The notes under the pieces are model-generated. The model ran no database searches. It was not told where the DNA came from and saw only the letters and a list, made by a program, of their open reading frames with translations. A stretch of DNA of 64,000 nt from a virus: positions 1 through 64,000 of the IMG/VR virus record IMGVR_UViG_3300008119_000003; one strand, 5' to 3'. Of this stretch, positions 48,774-58,031 are shown one piece after another. Position 1 is the first letter of the stretch. Each line of letters opens with the position of its first letter. The position numbers and the translations under genes are program-made.

Positions 48774-49854
48774 TTTTCTTTACTCTTTTAATTTTAGAAT
48801 CATCGTAATCATGTAGCGCTTGGTTTACCCATGCTACATCAACAGTATTATCGTAACATAATATATGTACGGTAGCCTTCTCATCAGGATTAAGACGAAG
48901 TAATCGACCTAATCTTTGAGCAGACTTACGCTCGTTACCATATGCATGCATAATAATACCCTGCTTTAAGTTCGGGATGTTAACCCCCTCACTTAACTGT
49001 AATACACAAGAAAGTTTATCTATCTCTCCAGATTTAAACTTCAGGAGGTTAACTTCAGAGTCCTTATTACCGCTATGGTAACTGTAATCGCAAAGTTGAT
49101 CCGCCTGTTCCTGCGTATTAGCAAACAAAATAACCTTATCGGTTATATGATTAAACAGTTCCGCAGCATAACGTTCTTTACTAGGATAAGACATAAGCGC
49201 CTTCATTCGCATAATCCTGGCAATCTGGACCTCTTTAGGACCATTAGCGTTAAGAACTCTTTCACTCCAGTAATTATAACTAGCAAGTTCCGACGTAGGA
49301 AACTGTCCTTTCTTTGTTTTCTGCATAAAATTCTTACGGGTATCCAGGTCTAACATATGAATAATAACCTGATAATCATTTAGAATCCCATCATCGATGG
49401 CATCATCTGTAATGTACTTGTAGTTAATGGGACAGTAGTTATCTACCATCTCACCTTTCTCCGAGTTAGAATTTCTAGGAGGTGTACCGGTTAATCCCAC
49501 GACTTTACCTTTATAGTCCTCAAGATAAAACTCGTGGGAATATAAAAGGTTATGACATTCATCCAGGTATACTACGTCGTAGTCAGTATCTTGTTTGATC
49601 AAAGAGATGTAAGTACTAAACTCAATATGCTCTTTAAGATAACCGAGACCATGCTTATCGGCCTCATCTAACCACGACTTGAATACAGCTCTCTTAGGAG
49701 CAACAACAAGGAAGCGACAAGTATCGCTATAGTGTTCTTTCATATGGCGTAAGCCGATGAGGGTTTTCCCAACGCCCATGCTGACTGCGATGCCACTATG
49801 AGACGATGATAGTAACGATTCTAACGCGGCATTCTGTATCTCTTCTCTCGTCAT
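48766..49854 (-). CDS. SF2 DExH helicase
   Basis: GVGKT, DECH, GLTGTP, EGVNIP and QRLGRLLR motifs. Confidence 0.88.
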   Translation of the reverse strand: MTREEIQNAALESLLSSSHSGIAVSMGVGKTLIGLRHMKEHYSDTCRFLVVAPKRAVFKSWLDEADKHGLGYLKEHIEFSTYISLIKQDTDYDVVYLDECHNLLYSHEFYLEDYKGKVVGLTGTPPRNSNSEKGEMVDNYCPINYKYITDDAIDDGILNDYQVIIHMLDLDTRKNFMQKTKKGQFPTSELASYNYWSERVLNANGPKEVQIARIMRMKALMSYPSKERYAAELFNHITDKVILFANTQEQADQLCDYSYHSGNKDSEVNLLKFKSGEIDKLSCVLQLSEGVNIPNLKQGIIMHAYGNERKSAQRLGRLLRLNPDEKATVHILCYDNTVDVAWVNQALHDYDDSKIKRVKKNV

Positions 49855-50183
49855 ACCTTCCTAATATAAAAATGTTGGGGATAACTAGGACCTACGTACA
49901 ATAGTAACAATTCACAGATATAGTGTAGGCCTAAAGTACTATGTGCATACATAGCTCCCGGCAATCCTTTCTTAATACTCTCAAGAGTAAACCTCTCGCT
50001 ATCTTCTAACGATACGGCAGATATTTCAAAGGTCAATACCTTTTCGTCAGTATCACCATGCATTCTGCGTATAAGTTCAGTTAGATCATGAGGTATTATA
50101 AGATCTCCGCTATCTCCTCGCCATGTAGGCTCAACTAAACAAAGGTTCTCAAAACCTTCTACTACTTCAAATTTTAAAATCAT
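49851..50183 (-). CDS. Hypothetical protein
   Basis: 110 aa, ATGA overlaps. Confidence 0.6.
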   Translation of the reverse strand: MILKFEVVEGFENLCLVEPTWRGDSGDLIIPHDLTELIRRMHGDTDEKVLTFEISAVSLEDSERFTLESIKKGLPGAMYAHSTLGLHYICELLLLYVGPSYPQHFYIRKV

Positions 50184-50599
50184 GATTCTCTTGATTTACT
50201 TAGATTTAATAACTTGGCTTCCGTAGGATGAGTCTCAATCCAACCGTGACACGTCCGACAAACAGAAAGAAACTCCGTCTCATCTAGATATAACTTACCT
50301 GTTCTACCCATCTTATGATGGATATCCGTAGCATTAATACTACAGCCAGGTAATTTAGCTAGACAAAATGGATTTCTCTTCATGTAAGATTCTCGCAATA
50401 CGGTATATAGAGCATCTAACTTAACTTGTTTAGAAGATCGAGGGGACAAAGGTTTCTTTGCCGTTGGTTTTTTAATACTAGACAAACCCTTAAATTGTTT
50501 ACTCCAGCATGCCTTACAAAACCTTTGCTTACCCTCTTTCTTCCAAATGTTAGTTATCTCATTACAGCCGTCACACTTCTTCTGCTTGGCTTGTAACAT
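50180..50599 (-). CDS. HNH endonuclease with N-terminal zinc ribbon
   Basis: CDGC...CKAC; C..C, DIHH and CRTCH motifs. Confidence 0.8.
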   Translation of the reverse strand: MLQAKQKKCDGCNEITNIWKKEGKQRFCKACWSKQFKGLSSIKKPTAKKPLSPRSSKQVKLDALYTVLRESYMKRNPFCLAKLPGCSINATDIHHKMGRTGKLYLDETEFLSVCRTCHGWIETHPTEAKLLNLSKSRES

Positions 50600-50780
50600 T
50601 AGAATTTTGCATAATGATTATAGAATCACCGCCGTAGGTCAAAGCGATATGACTACCCTCGCCTACATTAGTAATAACATTCTCTTGCTTGGTTAGTTGC
50701 TTTAACATAACCTCTTCCGCTTCCGTTTCCGGAGTTAGAACAAGTCTTGTAGACCCATTCATAATAAACGTTGTTTTCAT
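50571..50780 (-). CDS. Hypothetical protein
   Basis: 69 aa, operon-packed. Confidence 0.55.
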   Translation of the reverse strand: MKTTFIMNGSTRLVLTPETEAEEVMLKQLTKQENVITNVGEGSHIALTYGGDSIIIMQNSNVTSQAEEV

Positions 50781-51092
50781 TTAGACTTCTGCTTTTTCAA
50801 AACAATCTTTTACCTGATTATAAAGAACTGAATCTGCCTCCTCGATTATATCTGCTATAGGTCCCAACTTCTGGTTGATAGACATACAGTATTTATAATG
50901 ATCTCTCGTAACCATCTCGTCGATATCCTCATCTTGAAGATAACGTGTAACCCTAACCTGACCGAAGTCTAAGATATTAAGAATGTCTTCGATGTTTTTA
51001 TGTTCGAAGATATCCTCGTAGGTCTCAACCCATTTGCGGTTACTAAAGTATAAGAAGAGAACTTCCTCGTTGTTCAGTTCATTTATATTCAT
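50781..51092 (-). CDS. Hypothetical protein
   Basis: 103 aa, operon-packed. Confidence 0.6.
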   Translation of the reverse strand: MNINELNNEEVLFLYFSNRKWVETYEDIFEHKNIEDILNILDFGQVRVTRYLQDEDIDEMVTRDHYKYCMSINQKLGPIADIIEEADSVLYNQVKDCFEKAEV

Positions 51093-51093
51093 C

Positions 51094-51570
51094 TTAAGCT
51101 GCTTTTAGTTGATAAAAATTATTTGGTAGCACCTTCTCTTCTATAAGTTTGTTAACAATATCCTTTTTAGAGATACCCATACCTTTGAAATCTAAAGTGC
51201 TAATATAGTCAGGATCCGTATGATCAGCAAATGTTTTTACTAAATCTTTTACTAATTGACTATGATGAAATACTTCGGTTAGTCCTTTCGCAACCCATTG
51301 ATTAGCAAGTTCTTGCTTCCATAGGTTCAATACATTCTGGGCTCTCTGATGTACCTTTTGGATACGCTTCTTCTTGTCCCAATGCATAGTTGATAACTCT
51401 TCTTCCGCGTACACCGACAAACCGAATAGTGCACGTTTATAAAGAAAGTTCTGATACGAATTAAATTCGTCACGCTCATACTCCGCGTATCTCTTCTTCT
51501 GGTATTTAGAACCATAGTTTTGATACTCTCCAAGTCTACCTGTGTAGACAACTTTTTGGTAGGATGCCAT
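51094..51570 (-). CDS. Hypothetical protein
   Basis: 158 aa. Confidence 0.65.
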   Translation of the reverse strand: MASYQKVVYTGRLGEYQNYGSKYQKKRYAEYERDEFNSYQNFLYKRALFGLSVYAEEELSTMHWDKKKRIQKVHQRAQNVLNLWKQELANQWVAKGLTEVFHHSQLVKDLVKTFADHTDPDYISTLDFKGMGISKKDIVNKLIEEKVLPNNFYQLKAA

Positions 51571-51596
51571 AATATTATAGGATTTAAATTTTATAC

Positions 51597-51628
51597 AAAA
51601 AAACAGGGGGCTATTACACCCCCTGTTT
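51597..51628 (-). terminator. Intrinsic terminator
   Basis: Minus strand AAACAGGGG...CCCCTGTTT followed by a T run. Confidence 0.7.
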
Positions 51629-51648
51629 AATAAATATGTTATATACGA

Positions 51649-52116
51649 TTACAATGTGAAACCTTCTTCAGTATCTGTTGAGCCTGATACTTCTGACTCG
51701 GCATTGGCTAAACGAATAGCCTCGCTGTTATCATGCGCAATCGTCTCATCTTGATCATTCCCACTTGGATTGTAGAATGTCTTACGATAGATAGGCTGAC
51801 CATCTACACAACATACGATACCTGTTGTACCTGCCATCTTATAATCCTTCTCAGGATTCTCAGAGTTAAACGGAACCAAAGATTCTTTGATAACAATTTT
51901 ACCTCCAAGTAATTGACCATCTTGGAAACCAAATTGCTCAAGATCTTCTACAGTACCATGCAATAAAGCACTGATAGGTTTAACTTTAACCCATCCCTTG
52001 TCAGAGATTACTGTACGCTTTTGCTCAACACGAATGTGTCCATACTTACTGTTATCTTTAGACATAACGATAACTTCTCCTGCTTCATTAGCAGTTACTT
52101 TTACTTTACTAACCAT
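51649..52116 (-). CDS. Hypothetical beta-rich protein with acidic tail (possible second SSB)
   Basis: 155 aa, ends DTEEGFTL. Confidence 0.6.
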   Translation of the reverse strand: MVSKVKVTANEAGEVIVMSKDNSKYGHIRVEQKRTVISDKGWVKVKPISALLHGTVEDLEQFGFQDGQLLGGKIVIKESLVPFNSENPEKDYKMAGTTGIVCCVDGQPIYRKTFYNPSGNDQDETIAHDNSEAIRLANAESEVSGSTDTEEGFTL

Positions 52117-52145
52117 TTGATTTAAATTTTAAAAATTGGAACTAA

Positions 52146-52427
52146 TTACTCTAGATCTGCACTGAGATCTAACTCGTCAGGATCGTCTGGGAATTCATCC
52201 GGAAAATACTCTTTGTAATAGTAGTCTATGTCCGTTTCATTCTCATCATCCTCATCATCTTCTGTGTCTCTTTCTTCTTTTAGATTAATAGAAGAACCTT
52301 TCCATGGATTATGTACATGCTCACCAATATTCATAGCGACAAGATCTCTTATGTCCTGATCTGTAAGATTCAGTACGTCGCTGATATCCAGCCAGATAGT
52401 CTTTCCATTAGGTAATTGGTAGTACAT
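52146..52427 (-). CDS. Acidic hypothetical protein
   Basis: YQLPNGK start and D/E-rich C-half; TACCTTTG (52433-52440, minus strand) upstream. Confidence 0.65.
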   Translation of the reverse strand: MYYQLPNGKTIWLDISDVLNLTDQDIRDLVAMNIGEHVHNPWKGSSINLKEERDTEDDEDDENETDIDYYYKEYFPDEFPDDPDELDLSADLE

Positions 52428-52496
52428 TACATCAAAGGTAATCCCCTTACTAAACTATAACAAGAAAATCAAGAAGGTATACAAACTAAAGTTTAA

Positions 52497-52679
52497 TTAT
52501 ATAGCTAATGCTACGATGCTCAATAACGAACTAACCGCTGTCATAATGACTACAGTTTTCAACACCTTCTTGTGCATAACTAATTGCTCTAGTAAATCCG
52601 CATGCTTAACATGCGTCTCTTTCTTAAATCTTTCGAAGTTGCCCATATAGACAACTCTCTTATCCTGCTCACTGCTCAT
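52497..52679 (-). CDS. Small protein with C-terminal TM helix
   Basis: 60 aa. Confidence 0.5.
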   Translation of the reverse strand: MSSEQDKRVVYMGNFERFKKETHVKHADLLEQLVMHKKVLKTVVIMTAVSSLLSIVALAI

Positions 52680-52748
52680 ATTAAAAATTTGTTAAAAGTT
52701 GGATAATCAATTAATTATCCTTAATCTTGTACAAGATATCCACAATAT

Positions 52749-53747
52749 ATGAAGCTAACTGCCACTGGTAAACTCGCTAAACAGTATCTCAAGAAGTATC
52801 CTAAACTTCCTATCCTAACAATTGCTAAACTAATGTACTCTGAAAATGAACTGCACTTTAATAGTGTAGATCATGCTCGTTCATCACTTAAGCGTCATTC
52901 AGGACTAGCTGGTGCAGAAACTAGGAAGACTGTAGATCCGGAATTACAAAGACCTATAACATATAATTATGCACCATTCAATGATATACCTAAATCATAC
53001 AAGTCTGGACCTAATGACTTTGTATTACCAGATGATGCTAATCATATTCTTGCTCTTTCTGATATACACTTTCCTTATCATGATGAGGAAGCTCTTGGTG
53101 CTGCTATACAATACGGCATTAACCAAAAGGTTAACACGGTTATTCTTAACGGTGATATTCTAGACTTCTACCAGTTGTCACGCTTTGATAAGGACCCATC
53201 TAAACCTAAAATGCAAGTAGAACTTGAACAAGGTAGATGGTTTATGAAAGCATTGCGTACCGCATTTCCTAAAGCGAGAATCTATTACAAGATTGGTAAC
53301 CACGAGGACCGTTTAGAAAAATGGTTAAAGATTAAGGCTCCTGAATGGATAGGCATGGACGAATTCGAATTAAAGATGTTACTACGATTCGGAGAGAATC
53401 AAATACAACTTATCGATTCATCTGCTACCATCAAGGCCGGTAATCTAAATATTATCCACGGTCATGAATACTTGGGAGGAGGAACTGTTAATCCCGCGCG
53501 TAATCTTTATTTAAAAGCAAAAGCGAGTACAATATGCGGTCACTTCCATAGAAAATCAGAATTTACAACTCGTGATATCAACAATAAAATCCAAGGCGCT
53601 TGGACTACAGGTTGTTTATGCGAGTTATATCCTGAATACATGAAAGGACACAGCGATTGGGTACACGGGTTTGCAGTAATAAAAATAGAAAAGGACGGAT
53701 CCTTTGCAGTAGATAACAAATTAATCATAGACGGAGTAGTATCATAA
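52749..53747 (+). CDS. Calcineurin-like metallophosphoesterase
   Basis: SDIHFP, NGDILD, GNHE, HGHE and GHFH motifs. Confidence 0.88.
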   Translation: MKLTATGKLAKQYLKKYPKLPILTIAKLMYSENELHFNSVDHARSSLKRHSGLAGAETRKTVDPELQRPITYNYAPFNDIPKSYKSGPNDFVLPDDANHILALSDIHFPYHDEEALGAAIQYGINQKVNTVILNGDILDFYQLSRFDKDPSKPKMQVELEQGRWFMKALRTAFPKARIYYKIGNHEDRLEKWLKIKAPEWIGMDEFELKMLLRFGENQIQLIDSSATIKAGNLNIIHGHEYLGGGTVNPARNLYLKAKASTICGHFHRKSEFTTRDINNKIQGAWTTGCLCELYPEYMKGHSDWVHGFAVIKIEKDGSFAVDNKLIIDGVVS

Positions 53748-53749
53748 CT

Positions 53750-53971
53750 ATGGCAACATACATCAAAGCTGGGATATACCAGATACCACATACAGAAGAG
53801 CAGATAATACCTGAAGTCTATATAGATCATGGTATGATGCAAATCATTGATGAAGATGAAAATCTTATAATACAACTAACCTACGAAGAACTACGCGGTA
53901 TTATGGCCATCATAGCTGCTGAACAGGAGAAGACCCATTTAAGGATCATCGCCGCTAGCAGAAATAATTAA
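53750..53971 (+). CDS. Hypothetical protein
   Basis: 73 aa, follows the phosphoesterase. Confidence 0.6.
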   Translation: MATYIKAGIYQIPHTEEQIIPEVYIDHGMMQIIDEDENLIIQLTYEELRGIMAIIAAEQEKTHLRIIAASRNN

Positions 53972-54291
53972 CCTACAATCCTATTCCAGATTCTTTTAAA
54001 GAACCCAACTTTAACTACAGTCTCTTCAGGATGTTTGGTAGTATATCTACCCCTATCGATTGCTTGACTGTACTTTTGGCGATATAAAATAAAGGTATCA
54101 TATCTGGAACTATGAATCTTTACTTTACCTTTCCAATTTCCTTCTTCATCCTTATATAGGATGCCTGATTCTTTTAACGCAATTAGGTATTCTCCACCTA
54201 ATCCTTCTGCCCTAGCGGCATAACTGGGTTTCATACCCTCATTAACGCGCTTGCATATATTAGCAAGCCTTTCTTTGGTAACTTTAGCCAT
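53968..54291 (-). CDS. Hypothetical basic protein, possible HTH
   Basis: EGMKPSYAARAEGL; start chosen at ATG 54291. Confidence 0.55.
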   Translation of the reverse strand: MAKVTKERLANICKRVNEGMKPSYAARAEGLGGEYLIALKESGILYKDEEGNWKGKVKIHSSRYDTFILYRQKYSQAIDRGRYTTKHPEETVVKVGFFKRIWNRIVG

Positions 54292-54392
54292 TCTGTTGGT
54301 TTTTAAATTGACATAAATTGAATACCCTAACTGCACAGCGGGACAAAATCATAAACCCCCGCCATGCATTAGGTCTTATCTACTTCTCACCC

Positions 54393-55166
54393 TTAAAAAG
54401 CTAATAATGGTAACCATTCTTGTCTTATGCTTTCTACTTCTTCTCCCCACTGATCACGTTTTCTATTACATGTATCCAAGTCCCAACTGAAATCTATCTT
54501 GCGGTTAAGCATTCTTGCATATCTTACAAGAGCCTGCGTTTCCCATCCGATATTATTATTTGGGTCAGATAATACGTCTAATAAAACATTAATATCTTTA
54601 GCAACATCTACATAATCAGCTATTGCTTGAAGACGATGATGCTGTCCAGCAGATAAATAAGCCTGCATCTTAACTAAATCAAGATCATAGTTACGAAGCA
54701 TAGGATTTGTCTTAATAATAGCTTTGATCAAGTCTTGGCTATTAGTAATCTTACCTAATAATACCTTAACAAAAACAGAATTAGTAGTACTTGAACGTAA
54801 ACCCTGTTTCTCATCTAAGAACCATTCAGCTCCGAAATACTTACACATGTCCTGATACATCTCCGGTTTACCAAACATAATTTGTTTACCAAACCAAAAC
54901 TTAAACTTCTTGGTCGTCTTATCATAAGTACATCCTGAATCGGAATCATTCTTAAGATAAACACCGGTCTTTGGATTCCATTTAGGCATATGCCCAGTAG
55001 ATGCCCAGTACAGATGTGTATCGGTCTCGGCCCTACTGATATCATGGTATCCGATAATGGTACCGTCATAAAACTTAAATCTCTGCTCTTGTAATGGAGC
55101 ATTCTTAATTTCCGCAAATCTTTCACGAGCCAACATAGGTTGGTCCTCAATATAAACTCTTGTCAT
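54393..55166 (-). CDS. Hypothetical protein (C-terminus reminiscent of PcfJ-associated helices)
   Basis: ARMLNRKIDFSWD; start chosen at ATG 55166. Confidence 0.6.
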   Translation of the reverse strand: MTRVYIEDQPMLARERFAEIKNAPLQEQRFKFYDGTIIGYHDISRAETDTHLYWASTGHMPKWNPKTGVYLKNDSDSGCTYDKTTKKFKFWFGKQIMFGKPEMYQDMCKYFGAEWFLDEKQGLRSSTTNSVFVKVLLGKITNSQDLIKAIIKTNPMLRNYDLDLVKMQAYLSAGQHHRLQAIADYVDVAKDINVLLDVLSDPNNNIGWETQALVRYARMLNRKIDFSWDLDTCNRKRDQWGEEVESIRQEWLPLLAF

Positions 55167-55286
55167 AAATTGATTTTTAGATTGATAAATAAGGTTACCT
55201 CGCGCCACGGTTGTATAACAGTAATTACTAAACTTTAGGAACCGTTGTCCCTTCGATGAAAAAACTTTGTGACGCGAGGCAATATT

Positions 55287-55442
55287 TTACCACCAGTTAG
55301 TACCACGAGGATTATAGTTCTCGCGAATCTTTGGTTTAAAACTGTCTTCACAACTGTGCACTGTAGTAGCACAAGATGTTAACGCGGCGACGGCCACGAT
55401 TACTGCAAAATAAAGCAGTATATAAAAATTCGATTTCTTCAT
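55287..55442 (-). CDS. Small lipoprotein (51 aa)
   Basis: Read by hand: MKKSNFYILLYFAVIVAVAALTSC-ATTVHSCEDSFKPKIRENYNPRGTNWW; lipobox LTSC. Confidence 0.65.
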   Translation of the reverse strand: MKKSNFYILLYFAVIVAVAALTSCATTVHSCEDSFKPKIRENYNPRGTNWW

Positions 55443-55460
55443 AAGGGTTATTATAAAAGG

Positions 55461-55652
55461 TTATTTAATTTCTCCGGCTTCACATAGGTTATCGTCGTAT
55501 CTAAACTTTCCGGTCTTTATCCATTCGATTACCTCATACTTACAAGCAGATTCGATTACCGAACTTGTATTAGTATGAACATCGTAGAGACCAGATTCAT
55601 TTTTCTCGACTTTTCCTGTGAGCACATAAATAAAAAAGATTACTTTGAACAT
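55461..55652 (-). CDS. Small hypothetical protein
   Basis: 63 aa from ATG 55652. Confidence 0.5.
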   Translation of the reverse strand: MFKVIFFIYVLTGKVEKNESGLYDVHTNTSSVIESACKYEVIEWIKTGKFRYDDNLCEAGEIK

Positions 55653-55733
55653 GGGCTTGTAAATTTTTTGGTAGGATGAGCCTATAAGGACGATGATAGT
55701 AAACAAAAAACAATAAACGAAATAACAATAGCC

Positions 55734-55919
55734 CTATGCAGGGCTACCGTATTTCATAATCGCATTGTTTAACGAGAGGACTAACTCTATTTGTTCTATG
55801 TCCATATCGTACAGTTCGTCGAACTCCCCTACTGTAAGAGGTTGATCTTCCATAAGAACCTTAATCTTGTTAAGATCCTCTATGAGGGTTATCTTATACA
55901 TTCGGTTTGTCTCCGTCAT
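55734..55919 (-). CDS. Small hypothetical protein
   Basis: 61 aa. Confidence 0.55.
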   Translation of the reverse strand: MTETNRMYKITLIEDLNKIKVLMEDQPLTVGEFDELYDMDIEQIELVLSLNNAIMKYGSPA

Positions 55920-56154
55920 CGTCTAATAGGTCTAATAGGTTTGCTGTTGCCTCCATATATTTATCCTGTGCTAACTGCAGGTCTCTTGCCGCGAGGTCAT
56001 AGTAACGTTTAGCTTTATGTATAGCATGTTCTCTCGCTAATTCATTTTGCATTGCTATATACTCGGCTTCTTGTTCCTGATAGGCAAATGACTGTGCAAG
56101 TTCTTGTTCGTCCATCATACGTTGGAACTCTTCGCTATTTTTTGTCTTACTCAT
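55894..56154 (-). CDS. Coiled-coil hypothetical protein
   Basis: 86 aa, helical. Confidence 0.6.
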   Translation of the reverse strand: MSKTKNSEEFQRMMDEQELAQSFAYQEQEAEYIAMQNELAREHAIHKAKRYYDLAARDLQLAQDKYMEATANLLDLLDDDGDKPNV

Positions 56155-56225
56155 TTTAATTTTTTTAGGGTGAAACTTCTACGCCGTAGGATGACTTTAT
56201 GATTGCCATCCTATTACACATAAAA

Positions 56226-56267
56226 CAAAAAAAAGAAATAGAGAGTCATTGCTGACTCATCTATTTC
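56226..56267 (-). terminator. Intrinsic terminator after the DUF2828-like gene
   Basis: Minus strand GAAATAGATGAGTCA-GCAA-TGACTCTCTATTTC-TTTTTTT. Confidence 0.75.
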
Positions 56268-56277
56268 ATATACTCGT

Positions 56278-57669
56278 TTAGTCGATTCGTATACAATTGT
56301 ATCGATCCGCACTAATAGTCTTCATCATAACCGCTAATGGCGACAGTTCGTCACCACCTAATACAGACCGAATGATACTCGGACTATACCCGCTAACGAG
56401 GGCAGTATTAATTGTGTTAGCCTTAACAGGTACATTGCCTAAACGACCGTTAACATTCCAAAAGATTATGCCCGGCATCTCATAACCGCAGTGTGCATAC
56501 ATATCTTTGATAGCATCAAAGTTAGTACGTATACCACAGGCTACATCAAACTCCATGTCACTGATAATCAGTAACTTGGTTGGCATATCTTCCTGTGCTA
56601 CCTTACCTGCAACAGCACGGTCTAGTAACACTGTGAATGTTTTATTTAGGTCTGTATTCATACCCCAATTTGCTCTACCAAGATTGAATACTTTCTCTGA
56701 AAGAGTATTGCCTTCTATCTTGTGGAACTGTGGGCTCTCACTGAACGTTAACACCAAATCCTTGAAAGGACCTTCGTTACGTTCAGAGATATACAAACCT
56801 AATCCTATAGATACTTCCATAGGTTGGCCCATCATACTACCTGATACGTCGCAGACAGGTAAGATTCTATCCTTGCACCCTTCCATATAGTTAGGTAACG
56901 ACTTCCACATAGCATCATATGCCTTTGTGTTAAAGCCGTCAACATTAACCTTGTGAACTAAATCACTTGGGAATAATACAGAAGCATTCATCTTCTCCTT
57001 ACCGTCCATAACATCGCTGATATAAGACTGATATCTTATACCATCGTGTCTATGAAATGCCTGTACATATCTCTTACCTGCAACAGAAGGTACCTTGCTA
57101 TACTGAATAGTTTCCCATTCGTTAGCACACATCTTCTGCTCCACGGTATTAGACATAGAGGTAAGTCTTCTACGGAATGTACCTGCTGATACACCGAGAT
57201 ACTTATGCATACCTACAAACCATTCTCCCTTACGTGGGAACCATTTGGCTAATAGGTTAGCGTTAGCATTCTCGTCTAGTTGGTGCTTTAGCCAATTAAG
57301 AGTATCATCACTTGGTCTTTCTATGATAAAGATATCCTTCCAATACCCAAACGTTGGGATATGGATAGCTACCTGATCATATACTTCACCATCTAGTGTC
57401 ATTAGATTTCTCATAATTACCTGAAAGAATCGCTTCTCTCCCGCACCACCACGTGCATCTCTTGCCCAAAATAGAATCTTAAGAGCAGTTAACTTATCCT
57501 CGCGATATGCTCGGGTAAATGCTTTTATGATATCTTGTTCAGACATAAAACGGCTCGCACCTGCTATAAAGAACAGGTCAAGACAGTCAATACCTGCAGT
57601 ACTATGTGTAACTGCGCCGTTATTGGTAAGACTATCGTTAGAAAACATCGCATTTGTAAAAGCGTCCAT
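56278..57669 (-). CDS. DUF2828 / TROVE(Ro60)-like protein with C-terminal vWA domain
   Basis: T.NG, LDLFF, RDARGGAGEK, GYWKD, AKWFPR, MIDAS CDVSGSM, ISDMEFD, FWNV and SGYSP motifs. Confidence 0.85.
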   Translation of the reverse strand: MDAFTNAMFSNDSLTNNGAVTHSTAGIDCLDLFFIAGASRFMSEQDIIKAFTRAYREDKLTALKILFWARDARGGAGEKRFFQVIMRNLMTLDGEVYDQVAIHIPTFGYWKDIFIIERPSDDTLNWLKHQLDENANANLLAKWFPRKGEWFVGMHKYLGVSAGTFRRRLTSMSNTVEQKMCANEWETIQYSKVPSVAGKRYVQAFHRHDGIRYQSYISDVMDGKEKMNASVLFPSDLVHKVNVDGFNTKAYDAMWKSLPNYMEGCKDRILPVCDVSGSMMGQPMEVSIGLGLYISERNEGPFKDLVLTFSESPQFHKIEGNTLSEKVFNLGRANWGMNTDLNKTFTVLLDRAVAGKVAQEDMPTKLLIISDMEFDVACGIRTNFDAIKDMYAHCGYEMPGIIFWNVNGRLGNVPVKANTINTALVSGYSPSIIRSVLGGDELSPLAVMMKTISADRYNCIRID

Positions 57670-57700
57670 AGGTAAAAAGGTTTTGGTTAAACATTAATTT

Positions 57701-58029
57701 AGAGGGGTAGGCCACGAGTATCACTACTCGGCTTTGCACGTACGACAGAATGAAGAGAGCCTTACAGTTAACTGCTGTGGCCTACCATCTCTTGGTATGG
57801 GACTTACCCCATACCGTTAGCATTGTATTATTAGTTTTACAGTGCTGACTCATTCTTTAACGTGCTAATGTCTTTATGTTAAACAGAATAGTTGTTTAAC
57901 CTTATTTAATTGTAGTTTTAATAGTGCTGAACTATCCTTCACTAACATAAAGACAGGTTGTAAAGATACAGAATGCATTTAACTTCCCATAGTTTGTTTA
58001 TAGTGCTGTTAGCATTCTTCCCTTTACAA
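57701..58029 (-). ncRNA. Tandem array of 3-4 related stem-loop RNAs (Y-RNA-like candidate)
   Basis: Units 57958-58029, 57869-57955 and 57736-57865 (plus 57701-57792) have covarying stems and conserved CAGCACT and ATTCTGT on the minus strand. Confidence 0.6.
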
Positions 58030-58031
58030 TA

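Noticed and set aside
51553-55678. TTTTTGGTAGGATG present at about 51553 and 55665
   Set aside because: Only two copies, one inside a coding start; cannot be separated from chance without a count.
57701-58029. CRISPR array or tRNA genes
   Set aside because: The repeats are not identical direct repeats with unique spacers, no cas genes are present, and I saw no cloverleaf or TTC-loop/CCA signature.
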